A stretch of DNA of 64,000 bases from an uncultured Clostridia bacterium (GTDB lineage: Bacteria; Bacillota; Clostridia; Christensenellales; UBA1242). Of this stretch, positions 10,998 through 21,521 are shown piece after piece. The DNA lies in assembly GCA_947629745.1 (NCBI GenBank), contig CANREZ010000002.1:67140-131139 (forward strand). Reading direction: 5' to 3'. The translations under genes and the position numbers were made by a program. A model generated the notes under the pieces. It saw nothing but the letters and a program-made list of their open reading frames with translations. It did not search any database and was not told the DNA's origin. The first letter of the stretch is position 1, and each line of letters begins with the position of its first letter.

Positions 10998-11098
10998 TAG
11001 TGTCAGGGAGCGATAGTTTTAGTGTAGTAACTTTTCCCAAAAATCACTATTACATAAGCCACCTTGGCTGGGTCACACAGTTTGTGTGGCTCTTTTTT
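10998..11098 (+). ncRNA. Candidate small structured RNA ending in an intrinsic terminator
   Basis: tagtg/cacta and ggga/tccc pairing, agcc/ggct hairpin, gggtcacaca-gtt-tgtgtggctc-T6; no ORF. Confidence 0.3.
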
Positions 11099-11112
11099 AT
11101 GAAAAATGCGTA

Positions 11113-11231
11113 TTGACGAGACTGTATATAGGTGGTATAATATATATATATACTAAAGATATGAGCTTAGAAAAATTCTTCACTATTTCGTAAAATTGCA
11201 TATTGACGAATCGCAATTTGCGTTGTATAAT
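11113..11231 (+). promoter_or_regulatory. Tandem sigma-A-type promoters
   Basis: TTGACG-17-TATAAT at 11113-11141 and again at 11203-11231. Confidence 0.7.
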
Positions 11232-11273
11232 CTTTACAGGAAATATGAAATACAGAAGGAAGGTCGTAAAATT

Positions 11274-14200
11274 ATGAAGAAATTTTTAATTTATTTGGCC
11301 GTCATTGTGGTGATGGTCGCGACAGGATTCACAATATTTGTTTTGGTTAGGGATGACGAGTATATGGAGCTTCCTACTTCTACTATGTATGTGAATATCG
11401 GAGACAGCTTTAAGGTAAATTTCGTGCATAACAATCCAAAGGGTCACACCAAGGTGAAGGTGCACACCACAGATGGCAAACTCGAATATGACGAGTCAAC
11501 CAAGTCATTTACCGCTCTGAGCGCAGGTAAGGCTGCTATCCAGTATGAGACCAATAATATTAAGTTTGGTACTCTTACATGCTATGTCATCATCGGTGAT
11601 GGTGAGAGCGCAGGTAGCCCATTCTACATCCAGACAGTAGAGCAATTAGCAATGATTGGAAAGGTCGTAAGCAACAATGCTGATGGCACTGCAAACTATG
11701 TGTATGGACCAGACAAGTATTACTCATTGCAGAATAATATCAATATTGGTGAGACCTTTGAAGACAACCAGACCGGATATTGGGTACCACTTTGTAGTGA
11801 TGAGGCATTCACTGGTGTATTCGAGGGAAATGGTTACACACTATCCAATATGAGGATCAATGGAGACTCATACAATAAATTTGTTAAAGATACTAATATT
11901 AATGGTATAGAATTACCATTTAATGATGTCGGTTTGTTTGAGCAAATTGGCGAGGGTGGCAAGGTACAAAATGTCATGCTCGACAATGTGACAATCACTG
12001 GAGATTATGACAACGCAGGTGCTGTTGCTGGCGTCAACAATGGTACTATCGAGCGTGTCGGCGTCCGTGGACTAAATGTCAATTATGACACAACCACAGC
12101 AGGCGCTGCAGCATTTGATGGTAACTTCGGTGGAATCACCGGTACCAACAATAGCCGTGTGGATAGAGCATTTGTGGAGATTGGTTCTCTTGGTTTCGAG
12201 GAAACTAACATAGCAGGCGAAGTCACAAAGCATGGACTTGCTGGTAACATCGGTGGACTAGTTGGTCTCAACAATAGCGCAATCATCATTAACTCTTATG
12301 TAAGACAACCAATTGAGAAGAAACTAGATGGATCAGTCGAAAAGACTGTAACCGGTGTATATGTCACAGACAATAGCAGCACCGCATTTGGTGGAATCGT
12401 TGGTAAATTGACTCATACCGATGGTCAAAATGATGAAGAAGGTACAAAGTCTTATGTGAAGAATACCTATGCTATGTTAAAGATAGATAATTTGAATGTA
12501 GATTCACAGGCAAAGATTGGTTTGATCGCAGGTATCTCTGAGTTAAAGAATAATGCAGAAGGAGAGCAAGCAAACTATCTATTTGGTAACTACTACAGGA
12601 ATGACATGAATACTAGCTTCACCGCATTTGGTGACGCTGATGATAGCGCAAAGGATTCTGATACAGGCAAAGAATATATAGGTGCAGGTCTTACAAAAGA
12701 TCAGATGAGAGTACGTACGAACTATGTATCAAATCTCGATGTGAATGATATCGAAGTGCTATGGTTCTCAACCGGTGCATGGTTGATCGATGGCACATAT
12801 ACTCAAAATGATGGATATCCATATATCTCCACCCGTGAGAATAAGATTCCAGATAACTTTGTAAAAGGTGACAAGGTCGATACTATCACCGAGATGACTC
12901 CAGATGGGAACTATGTGATAGATCATGATGTCACAATTGATGAGACTTGGCCATTCTGGGATGTAGAATTTAACGGACATATTACATTCGAAAACGGTGC
13001 AGCCCTAGTTGGTGACCCAGATAAGACATATTCAAAGCCATTATTCAGGTCATTATCTGAGGATGCTACACTAACCAATATCACTGTCCGTGACTACGAG
13101 TTTGTAGCAGCACCATCAGCTGAAAATGACACAGCAGAGTTAGCAATAATTGCAGGACAAAATGCTGGACGCATCGAGGGTGCAATTCTAGAGAACTGCT
13201 CAATCACTGTCAATGTGACAGATTTTGAGACAGGTGACTTTGAGAATGCTCCAGTTGAGGCACTATTCGTTTCAGGTATTTGTGCTACAAACCGTGGAAC
13301 AATAATTAATAGCAAGATTATCGATACTGAGATTGTGATTGACAATCATCAGAGCGTGACCGTTCCTGCTTCTACTACTACACAAACTCCAACCCCAGCC
13401 GCAGCATTCAGAATGCTAGGTGAGGATGGTACTACATCAACTGAGGAACCAAAGACTGAGCAAAAGACTGTAAATGATCTAACACCTCATATGGTATATG
13501 CAGGACTAGTTGCTGCTACTAACGAATCTACTATTGATGATATAATGATATTAGGTACGAGCTCAGTAACCGCAGAGGATACACCACAAGCATTGATTGA
13601 TGGTGTCGTGATTGACAAGCAAGTGACTGGTACAGACGGCAACCCTACTACAACCAAGATTACTTACAGGGATTTACTAAATGTATATCTAGGTGGTATC
13701 GCAGGATCTAGCAAGGGTAGCATCTCCAATTGCTATAGCATGGCAAGTGTATCTGCTGGTTTCACTCAAAGAGATGACAAGACTGTGAAGAAAGTCGCTG
13801 GTGGAATCGTCGGATTATTGAATAACAATCAATTTGAGAATACTGCTAATGTGGTAGCTTGCCTAGAGAGGTGTGGTGTGACATCGGCAGCACTCGAGGG
13901 ATACTATGTAGGTGGCTTAATCGGTGAGAATGCTAATGCTGGTAATGGTTACAATCATTCTATCGGCGTGAAAGTTGACGTATATGACAATCAAAATAGT
14001 GATTGCTATGATGTATTTAAAGTAACTTATGATGTGAAATATTGTTATGTCGACAATTCTACTATTGAGGGTCGTTATGCAGGTGGATTAATTGCTATAA
14101 CTAATCAAAATGGTAGCTTCCTAAATTGCTATGTAGACGAAGTAGAATTGAAGGGTGCAGATCTAGAGGATAGTAATTGGACTAGTGTCACTGCAGGATT

Positions 14201-14678
14201 TGTTGCAGTTACTGCAAACTTCCGTTATGTAAGGCCTTCAGAGGGCGGTGCATTATTTAGAAATACTGTATTTGCTGGATGCTATAGCACTGCAAAATTC
14301 AGTGATAATGCTGGAACAAAATATTTACTTGCTCCAGGTTCACAAATTCTAAATATGCCACAAACTATGTTCTGGCTTGCTAAATGGGTTAATGATACGT
14401 TTGGATTAAACAATGCAAAGGATAGTATACTTATCACTGACAGTGTCTACGTCGGTAGATCAAATGCATCTATAGATAGTCTAGGCACAGGCTGGTGCTA
14501 TTGTGGTGATAGGACTGACTTCACATCGTTTAATGATAATGAGCAAGTCGTAAAGGCATTCTCCGGACGTGCAATCTCTAATACTAGTAAATATAATTGC
14601 TGGATATATTCTAGGGAATTTACTCCAAGATTAATTGACGTGAAGTACTTTAATGACCAGACAAATTTATTCCAGTAA
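11274..14678 (+). CDS. Large N-terminally anchored surface protein with GLUG-type beta-helix repeats
   Basis: MKKFLIYL signal/anchor; FTGVFEGNGYTLSN, VGLF, repeated GGLVG.N/GGIAG motifs. Confidence 0.75.
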   Translation: MKKFLIYLAVIVVMVATGFTIFVLVRDDEYMELPTSTMYVNIGDSFKVNFVHNNPKGHTKVKVHTTDGKLEYDESTKSFTALSAGKAAIQYETNNIKFGTLTCYVIIGDGESAGSPFYIQTVEQLAMIGKVVSNNADGTANYVYGPDKYYSLQNNINIGETFEDNQTGYWVPLCSDEAFTGVFEGNGYTLSNMRINGDSYNKFVKDTNINGIELPFNDVGLFEQIGEGGKVQNVMLDNVTITGDYDNAGAVAGVNNGTIERVGVRGLNVNYDTTTAGAAAFDGNFGGITGTNNSRVDRAFVEIGSLGFEETNIAGEVTKHGLAGNIGGLVGLNNSAIIINSYVRQPIEKKLDGSVEKTVTGVYVTDNSSTAFGGIVGKLTHTDGQNDEEGTKSYVKNTYAMLKIDNLNVDSQAKIGLIAGISELKNNAEGEQANYLFGNYYRNDMNTSFTAFGDADDSAKDSDTGKEYIGAGLTKDQMRVRTNYVSNLDVNDIEVLWFSTGAWLIDGTYTQNDGYPYISTRENKIPDNFVKGDKVDTITEMTPDGNYVIDHDVTIDETWPFWDVEFNGHITFENGAALVGDPDKTYSKPLFRSLSEDATLTNITVRDYEFVAAPSAENDTAELAIIAGQNAGRIEGAILENCSITVNVTDFETGDFENAPVEALFVSGICATNRGTIINSKIIDTEIVIDNHQSVTVPASTTTQTPTPAAAFRMLGEDGTTSTEEPKTEQKTVNDLTPHMVYAGLVAATNESTIDDIMILGTSSVTAEDTPQALIDGVVIDKQVTGTDGNPTTTKITYRDLLNVYLGGIAGSSKGSISNCYSMASVSAGFTQRDDKTVKKVAGGIVGLLNNNQFENTANVVACLERCGVTSAALEGYYVGGLIGENANAGNGYNHSIGVKVDVYDNQNSDCYDVFKVTYDVKYCYVDNSTIEGRYAGGLIAITNQNGSFLNCYVDEVELKGADLEDSNWTSVTAGFVAVTANFRYVRPSEGGALFRNTVFAGCYSTAKFSDNAGTKYLLAPGSQILNMPQTMFWLAKWVNDTFGLNNAKDSILITDSVYVGRSNASIDSLGTGWCYCGDRTDFTSFNDNEQVVKAFSGRAISNTSKYNCWIYSREFTPRLIDVKYFNDQTNLFQ

Positions 14679-15001
14679 TAGCTAACTAATGATTTTATAC
14701 AATAACTAAGTAAAAAAGGAAAGCTCGAGATGAGTCTTCCTTTTTTTAGTATTAGAATTGTATAGCAATGACTTAGAAATTGTAGTACAATAAACGTGCA
14801 AGTTTATTTGATTATACACGCGTTGTTAGCGGGATAAGGGATAGAATGATATGCAAAGTGATATAGCTATATCTTAGAATCATTGCTATTTTGTCTTAAT
14901 ATGATTGCTATGATATCCGCTAATATAATTAAATAAACTATCCAATGATATAAAAGTAAAATTATATACTACTATATTTGTCACAAGGCAATTATTTGAT
15001 A

Positions 15002-16531
15002 TTAGAATAGTGGGGCAAATATTTTGATGAGGCCGCCTAAGAGTTTCTCATACCACTTCCTATGCTTGACATCACGCAGTGTGACCAAGTGGCAGGAGGC
15101 GAGGGTCTCATCCAAGGATTCCTTGATCTCATTAATGGAATTCGTGCCATAGAGCATGACACCATCTTCGTAGTGTAGATATAGACTCCTAAAGTCTAGA
15201 TTGATTGTGCCCACACATGCCATATTGTTATCTGCAATGATGATCTTCTCATGTATGAATCCTGGAGTGAATTCATATATCTCGACACCTGCTTTGATAA
15301 ACTCTGCATAGTAACTACGGCTTAGATAATACACCCATTTCTTGTCTGGGATACCTGGCATGATTAGACGCACGTTCACACCCGACTTTGCTGCAATCTT
15401 CACAGCATCCTTTGTAGTGTTATCTAGTATAAAATATGGGGTAGTGAGCGTCAATTGTTCGTTTGCGCTACCAATTAACTTGATATACGAATTGCGGTGC
15501 ACTGGCTCAGGATTTAGAGGTCCATCACCAAATGGTTGGACGAAGCCCTGACCCTTGGCTTTCTCGGGCGTATATGGCTCGATATAGTCGTTAAACTCTA
15601 CCTTTTTGCCTGTAGCAAGTTCCCAATTATTGAGGAACATGACTAGGAAATTTTTTACCGCTGGACCGGAAATTTTGATTCCTGCATCCTGCCATACTCC
15701 AAATGGAGTGTTGTCGCTAGCGTATTCATCGGCTAGGTTAATTCCACCAGATATTGCCTGAGTGCCATCTACAACCACGATCTTCCTATGGTCTCTATAA
15801 TTGCTAAATTGTGTGATCTGGAATGATAGTTTATTGAATGCAGCACTATTTATGCTATGGTTATTTAGCTTTGCAAAAGTGGTCTTATCTTCGAATCTAT
15901 CTAGACATCCGAAGTCGTCATATAGCACTCGCACGTCCAGTCCCTCACGGGCTTTTTGCTTTAATATCTCAAATAATTCATCCCACATCTTGCCAGGTTT
16001 AATTATGAAATATTCTAGGAAGATATATTTCTTGGCAGATTTTACCATATCAAATAGGGCTTTGAAATATTCCTTGCCGTTTGGCAGATACTCGCTATTT
16101 GTAGCATTGTACACTGGCATATTGGAAGACGAGCATATATACTTTGAGATAGAATATGCGTTTTGATTATATTTCTTTAGAGCAGTGAGGATATCTTCGT
16201 TTTGCTCTAGGAGTGAGGAATTGCGATAAGTGGTCTGCTGCCACACTTTCCTCTGTTTCTTCGTGCCACGGCGCTCCTTTAGATAGAGATATAGGGCAGT
16301 GCCAAAGAGTGGCATGATGACGATGGCAAGAACCCAAGTGAATTTGTAGGCTGGGCCATCATCCGAGCGGGAGATAAGGAATAGACACAGGAAAAACGAC
16401 ACTACCGATAATATTCCATAGTAGATAGAGCCGATGAATATAGTAAAGAGTACAAATACGGCTATATTTACTAGGAACGATAGTGCTAATAAAAATTTCC
16501 CCGATGTTAAAAATTTTACAAATTTCTTCAT
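15002..16531 (-). CDS. cls: Cardiolipin synthase
   Basis: Two HKD motifs (HRKIVVVD, HEKIIIAD), TTPYF, GTINLDFRS, N-terminal TMs. Confidence 0.93.
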   Translation of the reverse strand: MKKFVKFLTSGKFLLALSFLVNIAVFVLFTIFIGSIYYGILSVVSFFLCLFLISRSDDGPAYKFTWVLAIVIMPLFGTALYLYLKERRGTKKQRKVWQQTTYRNSSLLEQNEDILTALKKYNQNAYSISKYICSSSNMPVYNATNSEYLPNGKEYFKALFDMVKSAKKYIFLEYFIIKPGKMWDELFEILKQKAREGLDVRVLYDDFGCLDRFEDKTTFAKLNNHSINSAAFNKLSFQITQFSNYRDHRKIVVVDGTQAISGGINLADEYASDNTPFGVWQDAGIKISGPAVKNFLVMFLNNWELATGKKVEFNDYIEPYTPEKAKGQGFVQPFGDGPLNPEPVHRNSYIKLIGSANEQLTLTTPYFILDNTTKDAVKIAAKSGVNVRLIMPGIPDKKWVYYLSRSYYAEFIKAGVEIYEFTPGFIHEKIIIADNNMACVGTINLDFRSLYLHYEDGVMLYGTNSINEIKESLDETLASCHLVTLRDVKHRKWYEKLLGGLIKIFAPLF

Positions 16532-16629
16532 AATCTCGCACTTAAATAATAAGTATTCTTATAATATTAGTCTTGGATATTATAACACAAGTATGTATTT
16601 TAGACAATAAAAAACTAATCTAGGCTAAC

Positions 16630-16659
16630 AAAAAATGCAACATAACATTGCATTTTTTG
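16630..16659 (-). terminator. Intrinsic terminator separating the DAC pair from cls
   Basis: aaaaaatgcaa-cataaca-ttgcatttttt. Confidence 0.65.
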
Positions 16660-16662
16660 TAA

Positions 16663-17889
16663 TTATCTGTACAATAAGTCCTTTGACATAGATAGGACTT
16701 CGCTATAGTTATCCATCAGGGCTAGGCTTATCAATCTCTGTGCATCTGGGTCGAGTATTGTCACACTCTTTAGGTCCAGAGATTTTAACCATTTGGAAAA
16801 TTCCAGTCGTCCCTCTCTAGATAATGTCAGGCATAATAGGACGTTGTAGTCCGTGCATAGACAGTAATTGAAGTAATATTCTAGTTTTGCGGAATCAACG
16901 TGCCTTAGCACTCTTTCTGCATAAGCCTTGGTGTTTTCGTTATGGTCGATCTTCTCACCAATTAGACAGAGCAAGGCGCTTCCTATATATAGGCTAGTGT
17001 ATTGGATAGGGCAATGCTTGATGCAAGATAAGTTGTATAGAGCATCAGGCAGATATTCACGGTATTTGAAGCTATAGTAGCTATTGATCACGCGTTTGCA
17101 GCAGAGTATGAGATTTGCTAATCCCTCACCGTCATTTGCCACGAAATTGTTGTTGGAGAAATTGAGTAGCATCTGGCATAGATTCTCCAATCCCTCATTC
17201 TCGCCACATATTGCTAGATATCCTAGCGCCAATTTGTCCTCATATTTTAGGTCAATCCAGCCGTTTGCAACAAGCAATAATAGATTGCGCTTTATCACTT
17301 CATGGTCGCATCCACGCTCAAATTGATAGGCGTAGAGCAGATATTTGATTGCTGCTGGGATGTACTGTTTGCGTGTCACACATTCGAGCAGTTCCGGGTC
17401 GGAGGATAGGTTAGTGTTAAGTAACTTCTGCCCAACGGTAAATAATTTTTCCTTCTTATGAGTTAGGTCTTTTGAGAAAAGTGATCTCATGCATAACTCT
17501 AAGATATTTAGGAATCTTCTCTCGGAGAGGGTTGGGTTAGAAATATTATTTTGCACCTCAATGAACACTTTGAGTAGTTCCACCCACTCGGCATGGTCGA
17601 TGATGCCAAGGATCAATAATAGGTCAATATCCTCGCATGAGAATGGTTCGATCAATTCCTTTTGTGGGACGAATAATAGCATATTGATAAGATTTGGGTC
17701 AATATCTCGGTAGAAATCTTTGATAGCTACACGGAATTTCCTCCACAAAAAGTCCAGTGCTAGAGCATAAAACTTTGCTCTATATCTCGTGGTGATCTGG
17801 GAGATATCTCCGGAGGAGAGGATTTTGTTGGTAGATAGGATGCTCGTTAGTTGTTGCATCCTCTGGTCGTTTTCTAAAGTTTTACTCAT
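16663..17889 (-). CDS. Hypothetical all-helical protein with a possible degenerate HEPN-like N-terminal domain
   Basis: YALALDFLW, LLLILGII and EVQNNISNP resemble HEPN helices without RxxxxH; 4-bp ATGA overlap with the upstream DAC gene. Confidence 0.55.
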   Translation of the reverse strand: MSKTLENDQRMQQLTSILSTNKILSSGDISQITTRYRAKFYALALDFLWRKFRVAIKDFYRDIDPNLINMLLFVPQKELIEPFSCEDIDLLLILGIIDHAEWVELLKVFIEVQNNISNPTLSERRFLNILELCMRSLFSKDLTHKKEKLFTVGQKLLNTNLSSDPELLECVTRKQYIPAAIKYLLYAYQFERGCDHEVIKRNLLLLVANGWIDLKYEDKLALGYLAICGENEGLENLCQMLLNFSNNNFVANDGEGLANLILCCKRVINSYYSFKYREYLPDALYNLSCIKHCPIQYTSLYIGSALLCLIGEKIDHNENTKAYAERVLRHVDSAKLEYYFNYCLCTDYNVLLCLTLSREGRLEFSKWLKSLDLKSVTILDPDAQRLISLALMDNYSEVLSMSKDLLYR

Positions 17890-18929
17890 TTCCTACGCAC
17901 CTCCTCATAGAAGTTGTCACCATCTTGTGACTGGAAGTACACACCAATGAATTTGTTGTTCCTAGAATTCACCAGGCTAAGCGCTGCACGCTTCCTAGCA
18001 CCACCGCTAATCACCTTTCGCGATTCCTTGACAGTATCTATGAAGACATTGTAGGCAAGAATGCGTCCGGAATTGTCCATGACGGTGATTCCGTCAAAAT
18101 TTAACATATCTATGAGTAGATCTGCATAACTCCTAAGCTTCATCTCGCTATAATTCTTTGACTGCAGGAATAATTTGCTCATCTCTATCGGCACAGGTAG
18201 CCAGACGCCATCGGAGAGCATTCCCTTGGTGTCTACGAAGTCTTTATCTACTATTAGGCAAATAGTGCCGTGGACGCTCTTGAATGCGTTGTGGAAAATA
18301 TTCTCATACATAGTGCGGATATCTTCTAGCTTCTTGTGAGTAGTCTTGATCTTAGACACACTGGCTTCGACAAACCTATGGATAACACCTTCCCAGTTAA
18401 AGGATTCGTGCTCGGATAGGGAGAAATTGATTGCAATGGAATTTCCCTTGATTCCAGTTAAGACCACATAGTTTGAGGATATTATCTCGATTGACAACAG
18501 GTCAATTTTCTCCGCTAGCCTTTGCCTATGCTCGGGTCTAAATAATTGGGAGAGGAGATATGGCTCCTTGATGCTATTTAGCGTGCGAATTAGACCATAC
18601 TCGATGGTCGCACCTAGATTGATATACACTGACCACTCGTTCTTGCAAAAATATAGCAAGGACTTCATATGAGAATTGAATTCATTGTCATTTAGGTCAT
18701 TAAACATAGCGATCTTGCACGCATCAGGTATTTCGCGCGCAACCGCATTGATATTATTGGTGAATAGGATATTTGGGCGCACTTTTAGCCCTTCTTCCTC
18801 ATAATGGACGAGTTTTGAGAAGTAATTGAGAAACTTGATTAGCGTAGTCTGGCTGAAACTCTCGAATTCGTCTCCAAATATATTGATGATTGCATTGTTT
18901 GCTTCTGAATAAAAAATACTATCACGCAT
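17886..18929 (-). CDS. Divergent diadenylate-cyclase (DisA_N) domain protein with an N-terminal sensor-like domain
   Basis: N-terminal YEEEG; C-terminal HGT, FDGI (DGA), GGARKRAA (RHR) and SQDG motifs. Confidence 0.75.
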   Translation of the reverse strand: MRDSIFYSEANNAIINIFGDEFESFSQTTLIKFLNYFSKLVHYEEEGLKVRPNILFTNNINAVAREIPDACKIAMFNDLNDNEFNSHMKSLLYFCKNEWSVYINLGATIEYGLIRTLNSIKEPYLLSQLFRPEHRQRLAEKIDLLSIEIISSNYVVLTGIKGNSIAINFSLSEHESFNWEGVIHRFVEASVSKIKTTHKKLEDIRTMYENIFHNAFKSVHGTICLIVDKDFVDTKGMLSDGVWLPVPIEMSKLFLQSKNYSEMKLRSYADLLIDMLNFDGITVMDNSGRILAYNVFIDTVKESRKVISGGARKRAALSLVNSRNNKFIGVYFQSQDGDNFYEEVRRK

Positions 18930-19140
18930 ATGCTACCACCCCTATTAGATGTATATTTTAGTATAATATATCCATGAATATTTTTACAAATAAAATTTTG
19001 CATAATTATTCAAAAATGTAAATATCTTACAAGATAGTCTGCACTAATTGTATACTTTTTGACAAAATGTCGCAGTTATGTGAATTATTTGATACTATTA
19101 TTTAGATAAAAAAAGTCTAAGTGTGATACTTAGACTGGTA

Positions 19141-19216
19141 TGGTAGCCCCAAGGAGAATCGAACTCCTGATTCCGCCTTGAGAGGGCGACGTCTTAAACC
19201 GCTTGACCATGGGGCC
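19141..19216 (-). tRNA. tRNA-Glu(CTC)
   Basis: Cloverleaf ggccccatgg...tcgcc-ctCTCaa-ggcgg...gttcgatt...ggggctacca; terminator at 19108-19136. Confidence 0.95.
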
Positions 19217-19434
19217 ACAAATTTAGATTGCAAGACTATTATATCTAATAATAGTAGATTTTGCAAGTGTATTTTTAAATATTGTGCATTTATTTTTTGC
19301 TCGCATCAACTGATAGACTTAATGCAATGGGAGAATATATATATCGTTCGCACCGACCAGCGTATGTGGAATGTCATGTTAGCACAAAGACCGGGTGTCT
19401 CTCATACTAAATATTATGTTTAGGGAGATAAAGT

Positions 19435-21345
19435 ATGGAAAAAGATAAAGTGATGCGCGATAGGGATTTTAAGAAATATTTATCCAGTGAGGACTACAGC
19501 AAATTTATTAGATACAAGAGTGAACATCTATACATAGACGAGATGGATGATGACTTGCTAGATAAGTTGTGTGGAGCAATAGTGGAGTGGGCGAAGACAA
19601 AGGATGTGAATGTCTACACACAAATATTCCTGCCTCTTACGGGATATTTATCTGGGAAGTTCCTTGCATTATATAGGACGGGGGAGACAAATGAGGTTCG
19701 TAGGATCACAAGCAAGGATCTAAAGTATCAGGAGTGCGACGCGTCGAGCTTCCCAAATGGTGGGGCTAGAGGATGCGCCAATGCTAGGGGATACACTAAG
19801 TGGGATATCCATAGCCCGATATACATCATGTACGATTGTGACCGCCCGGGAGTGCTGGTGATTCCCTCTATATTCACGTCCTATGATGGCACTGCACTAG
19901 ATAATATCGATGTGCTACTGAGGTGCAAAGAGGGGATAAACCGTGCAGTGGAGAGATTGTATGAGGCAATGGGCAGAAGTTATAGCGGATGCAATATATT
20001 TGCCGGCATGGAGCAGGAATACTTCCTCTTCCCAAAAGATATAGTGGGATGCCGGGCCGATCTAGCCCTCTGTGGCAAGGAACTGCTATACGATAGTCCT
20101 ACCATCCCACAATCTCAGTACGCGCACTATTTCGCCCTTCCTAGGCCAAAAATTGCGGCTTATATGAATGCACTGCGTGGAGAACTTGCGAGTATCGGGA
20201 TAGACGTTGAGGCACAGCATAGCGAGGTTGCCCCGCGCCAGTATGAGATAGTGACGCGTTATAGCGATATGGAACACGCCGTACTAGAAAATGCCATTGT
20301 AAAGCAAAAGATATCTGAGGTGGCGGATAGATATGGCTATATAGCCGAGTTTAACGAAAAAATCCATCCTAGGATTAACGGCAGTGGCAAGCACCTAAAT
20401 ATTTCTTTATCGGTCAATGGACAGAATGTGTTTAAAGTAGGCAGTGACCCTAGCATATTCCTGCTATTTTTCACCACTATGATAGATAGTGTGAGACAGT
20501 ATCAGGATCTAGTGCTCGCCAGTATATCTAGTTATAGCAACGATAATAGGCTCGGAGGCTACGAGGCCCCGCCAAAGGATATCACGGTCTACATAGGGGA
20601 GAAATTGTATGAAGTGTTACTAGATATCCGGGATAAGAAGTACAGCATGTGTGACATCCTTGGCATTGACCCTGCGCTACATGATAGACTAGCACAAATA
20701 TTAGGGCAGGACTTTGACCGCAACCGCACAAGCCCATTTGCGTTCACGGGAGATAAATTTGAGTTTAGGCTGATGGGCTCGGCAAATACAGGATTTATGC
20801 CGCTTGTCGTTATATCCACCATACTAGTTGATAAGATAAATAGTGCGACAAGCAAATTGCAGTCGGGCAGCAGTATACTTGATATCGTCATGGAAAACAT
20901 AATATCTATGGATAGCGTAATCTACAATGGCGATAATATGACTAGGTCTAGTAAGGGCAATAAATGCGCGCTAGATGCAATCAAGATATACAATAGTGAC
21001 ACTGTGCGCGAACTTTTTGTCAAAAACAATATATTTAGTGAAACTGAGTTAAAAGTGATATACAATACTGAAACTGCCAAGTATATCGATGAGGTGACGC
21101 TCGATGCGCACGTGCTAATTCATATGTTAGAGGATACTCTAAAGGTCAGTCAAGACGAACTTGTGGCAAGCGAGATTTGCAAGTGCATTGATAGTATTTC
21201 CGATGAATTATCTTGCAAGAAGATAAATTATAAGCGCTTAGCACGGACCATTCACAAAGTGTGTGAGACATACTATGATATGCGCGATGTAGTAAATAGC
21301 GTGGTCAGTAAAGATGACTACTTGTATTTTGATATGTGCAAGTAA
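19435..21345 (+). CDS. Glutamine synthetase type III (divergent, short)
   Basis: DASSFPNGG, EQEYFL, HSEVAP.QYE, NGSGKH, RLGGYEAPP, DRNRTSPFAFTG.KFEFR. Confidence 0.88.
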   Translation: MEKDKVMRDRDFKKYLSSEDYSKFIRYKSEHLYIDEMDDDLLDKLCGAIVEWAKTKDVNVYTQIFLPLTGYLSGKFLALYRTGETNEVRRITSKDLKYQECDASSFPNGGARGCANARGYTKWDIHSPIYIMYDCDRPGVLVIPSIFTSYDGTALDNIDVLLRCKEGINRAVERLYEAMGRSYSGCNIFAGMEQEYFLFPKDIVGCRADLALCGKELLYDSPTIPQSQYAHYFALPRPKIAAYMNALRGELASIGIDVEAQHSEVAPRQYEIVTRYSDMEHAVLENAIVKQKISEVADRYGYIAEFNEKIHPRINGSGKHLNISLSVNGQNVFKVGSDPSIFLLFFTTMIDSVRQYQDLVLASISSYSNDNRLGGYEAPPKDITVYIGEKLYEVLLDIRDKKYSMCDILGIDPALHDRLAQILGQDFDRNRTSPFAFTGDKFEFRLMGSANTGFMPLVVISTILVDKINSATSKLQSGSSILDIVMENIISMDSVIYNGDNMTRSSKGNKCALDAIKIYNSDTVRELFVKNNIFSETELKVIYNTETAKYIDEVTLDAHVLIHMLEDTLKVSQDELVASEICKCIDSISDELSCKKINYKRLARTIHKVCETYYDMRDVVNSVVSKDDYLYFDMCK

Positions 21346-21382
21346 ATAGCAATAAAAAAGTCCAAGATATACTTGGACTAAA

Positions 21383-21458
21383 TGGTAGTCCCTAGGAGAA
21401 TCGAACTCCTGATTCCACCGTGAAAGGGTGACGTCTTAAACCGCTTGACCAAGGGACC
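21383..21458 (-). tRNA. tRNA-Glu(TTC)
   Basis: ggtcccttgg...tcacc-ctTTCac-ggtgg...gttcgatt...gggactacca; terminator at 21354-21379. Confidence 0.95.
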
Positions 21459-21521
21459 ACATATTTTTGATACAATAGGATTATATAGAAAAAATACCTT
21501 GGTGTCAAGGTATTTTAGAAA

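Noticed and set aside
15002-16531. cls as a PLD effector of the DAC pair
   Set aside because: It is a canonical full-length cardiolipin synthase, separated from the pair by a terminator
19178-19423. Track ORFs overlapping tRNA genes (also 28749..29006, 45981..46358, 46072..46272 and the 5' extension of 51353..52033)
   Set aside because: They overlap clear tRNA cloverleaves and have no RBS or protein motifs
904-21345. AGG or CGG codon reassignment, as known in some uncultured Firmicutes
   Set aside because: AGG occurs at conserved Arg sites (ABC-F ATSRKK; GT2 PARNE) and CGG at the conserved R of GS-III RxDL; TGA acts as a stop
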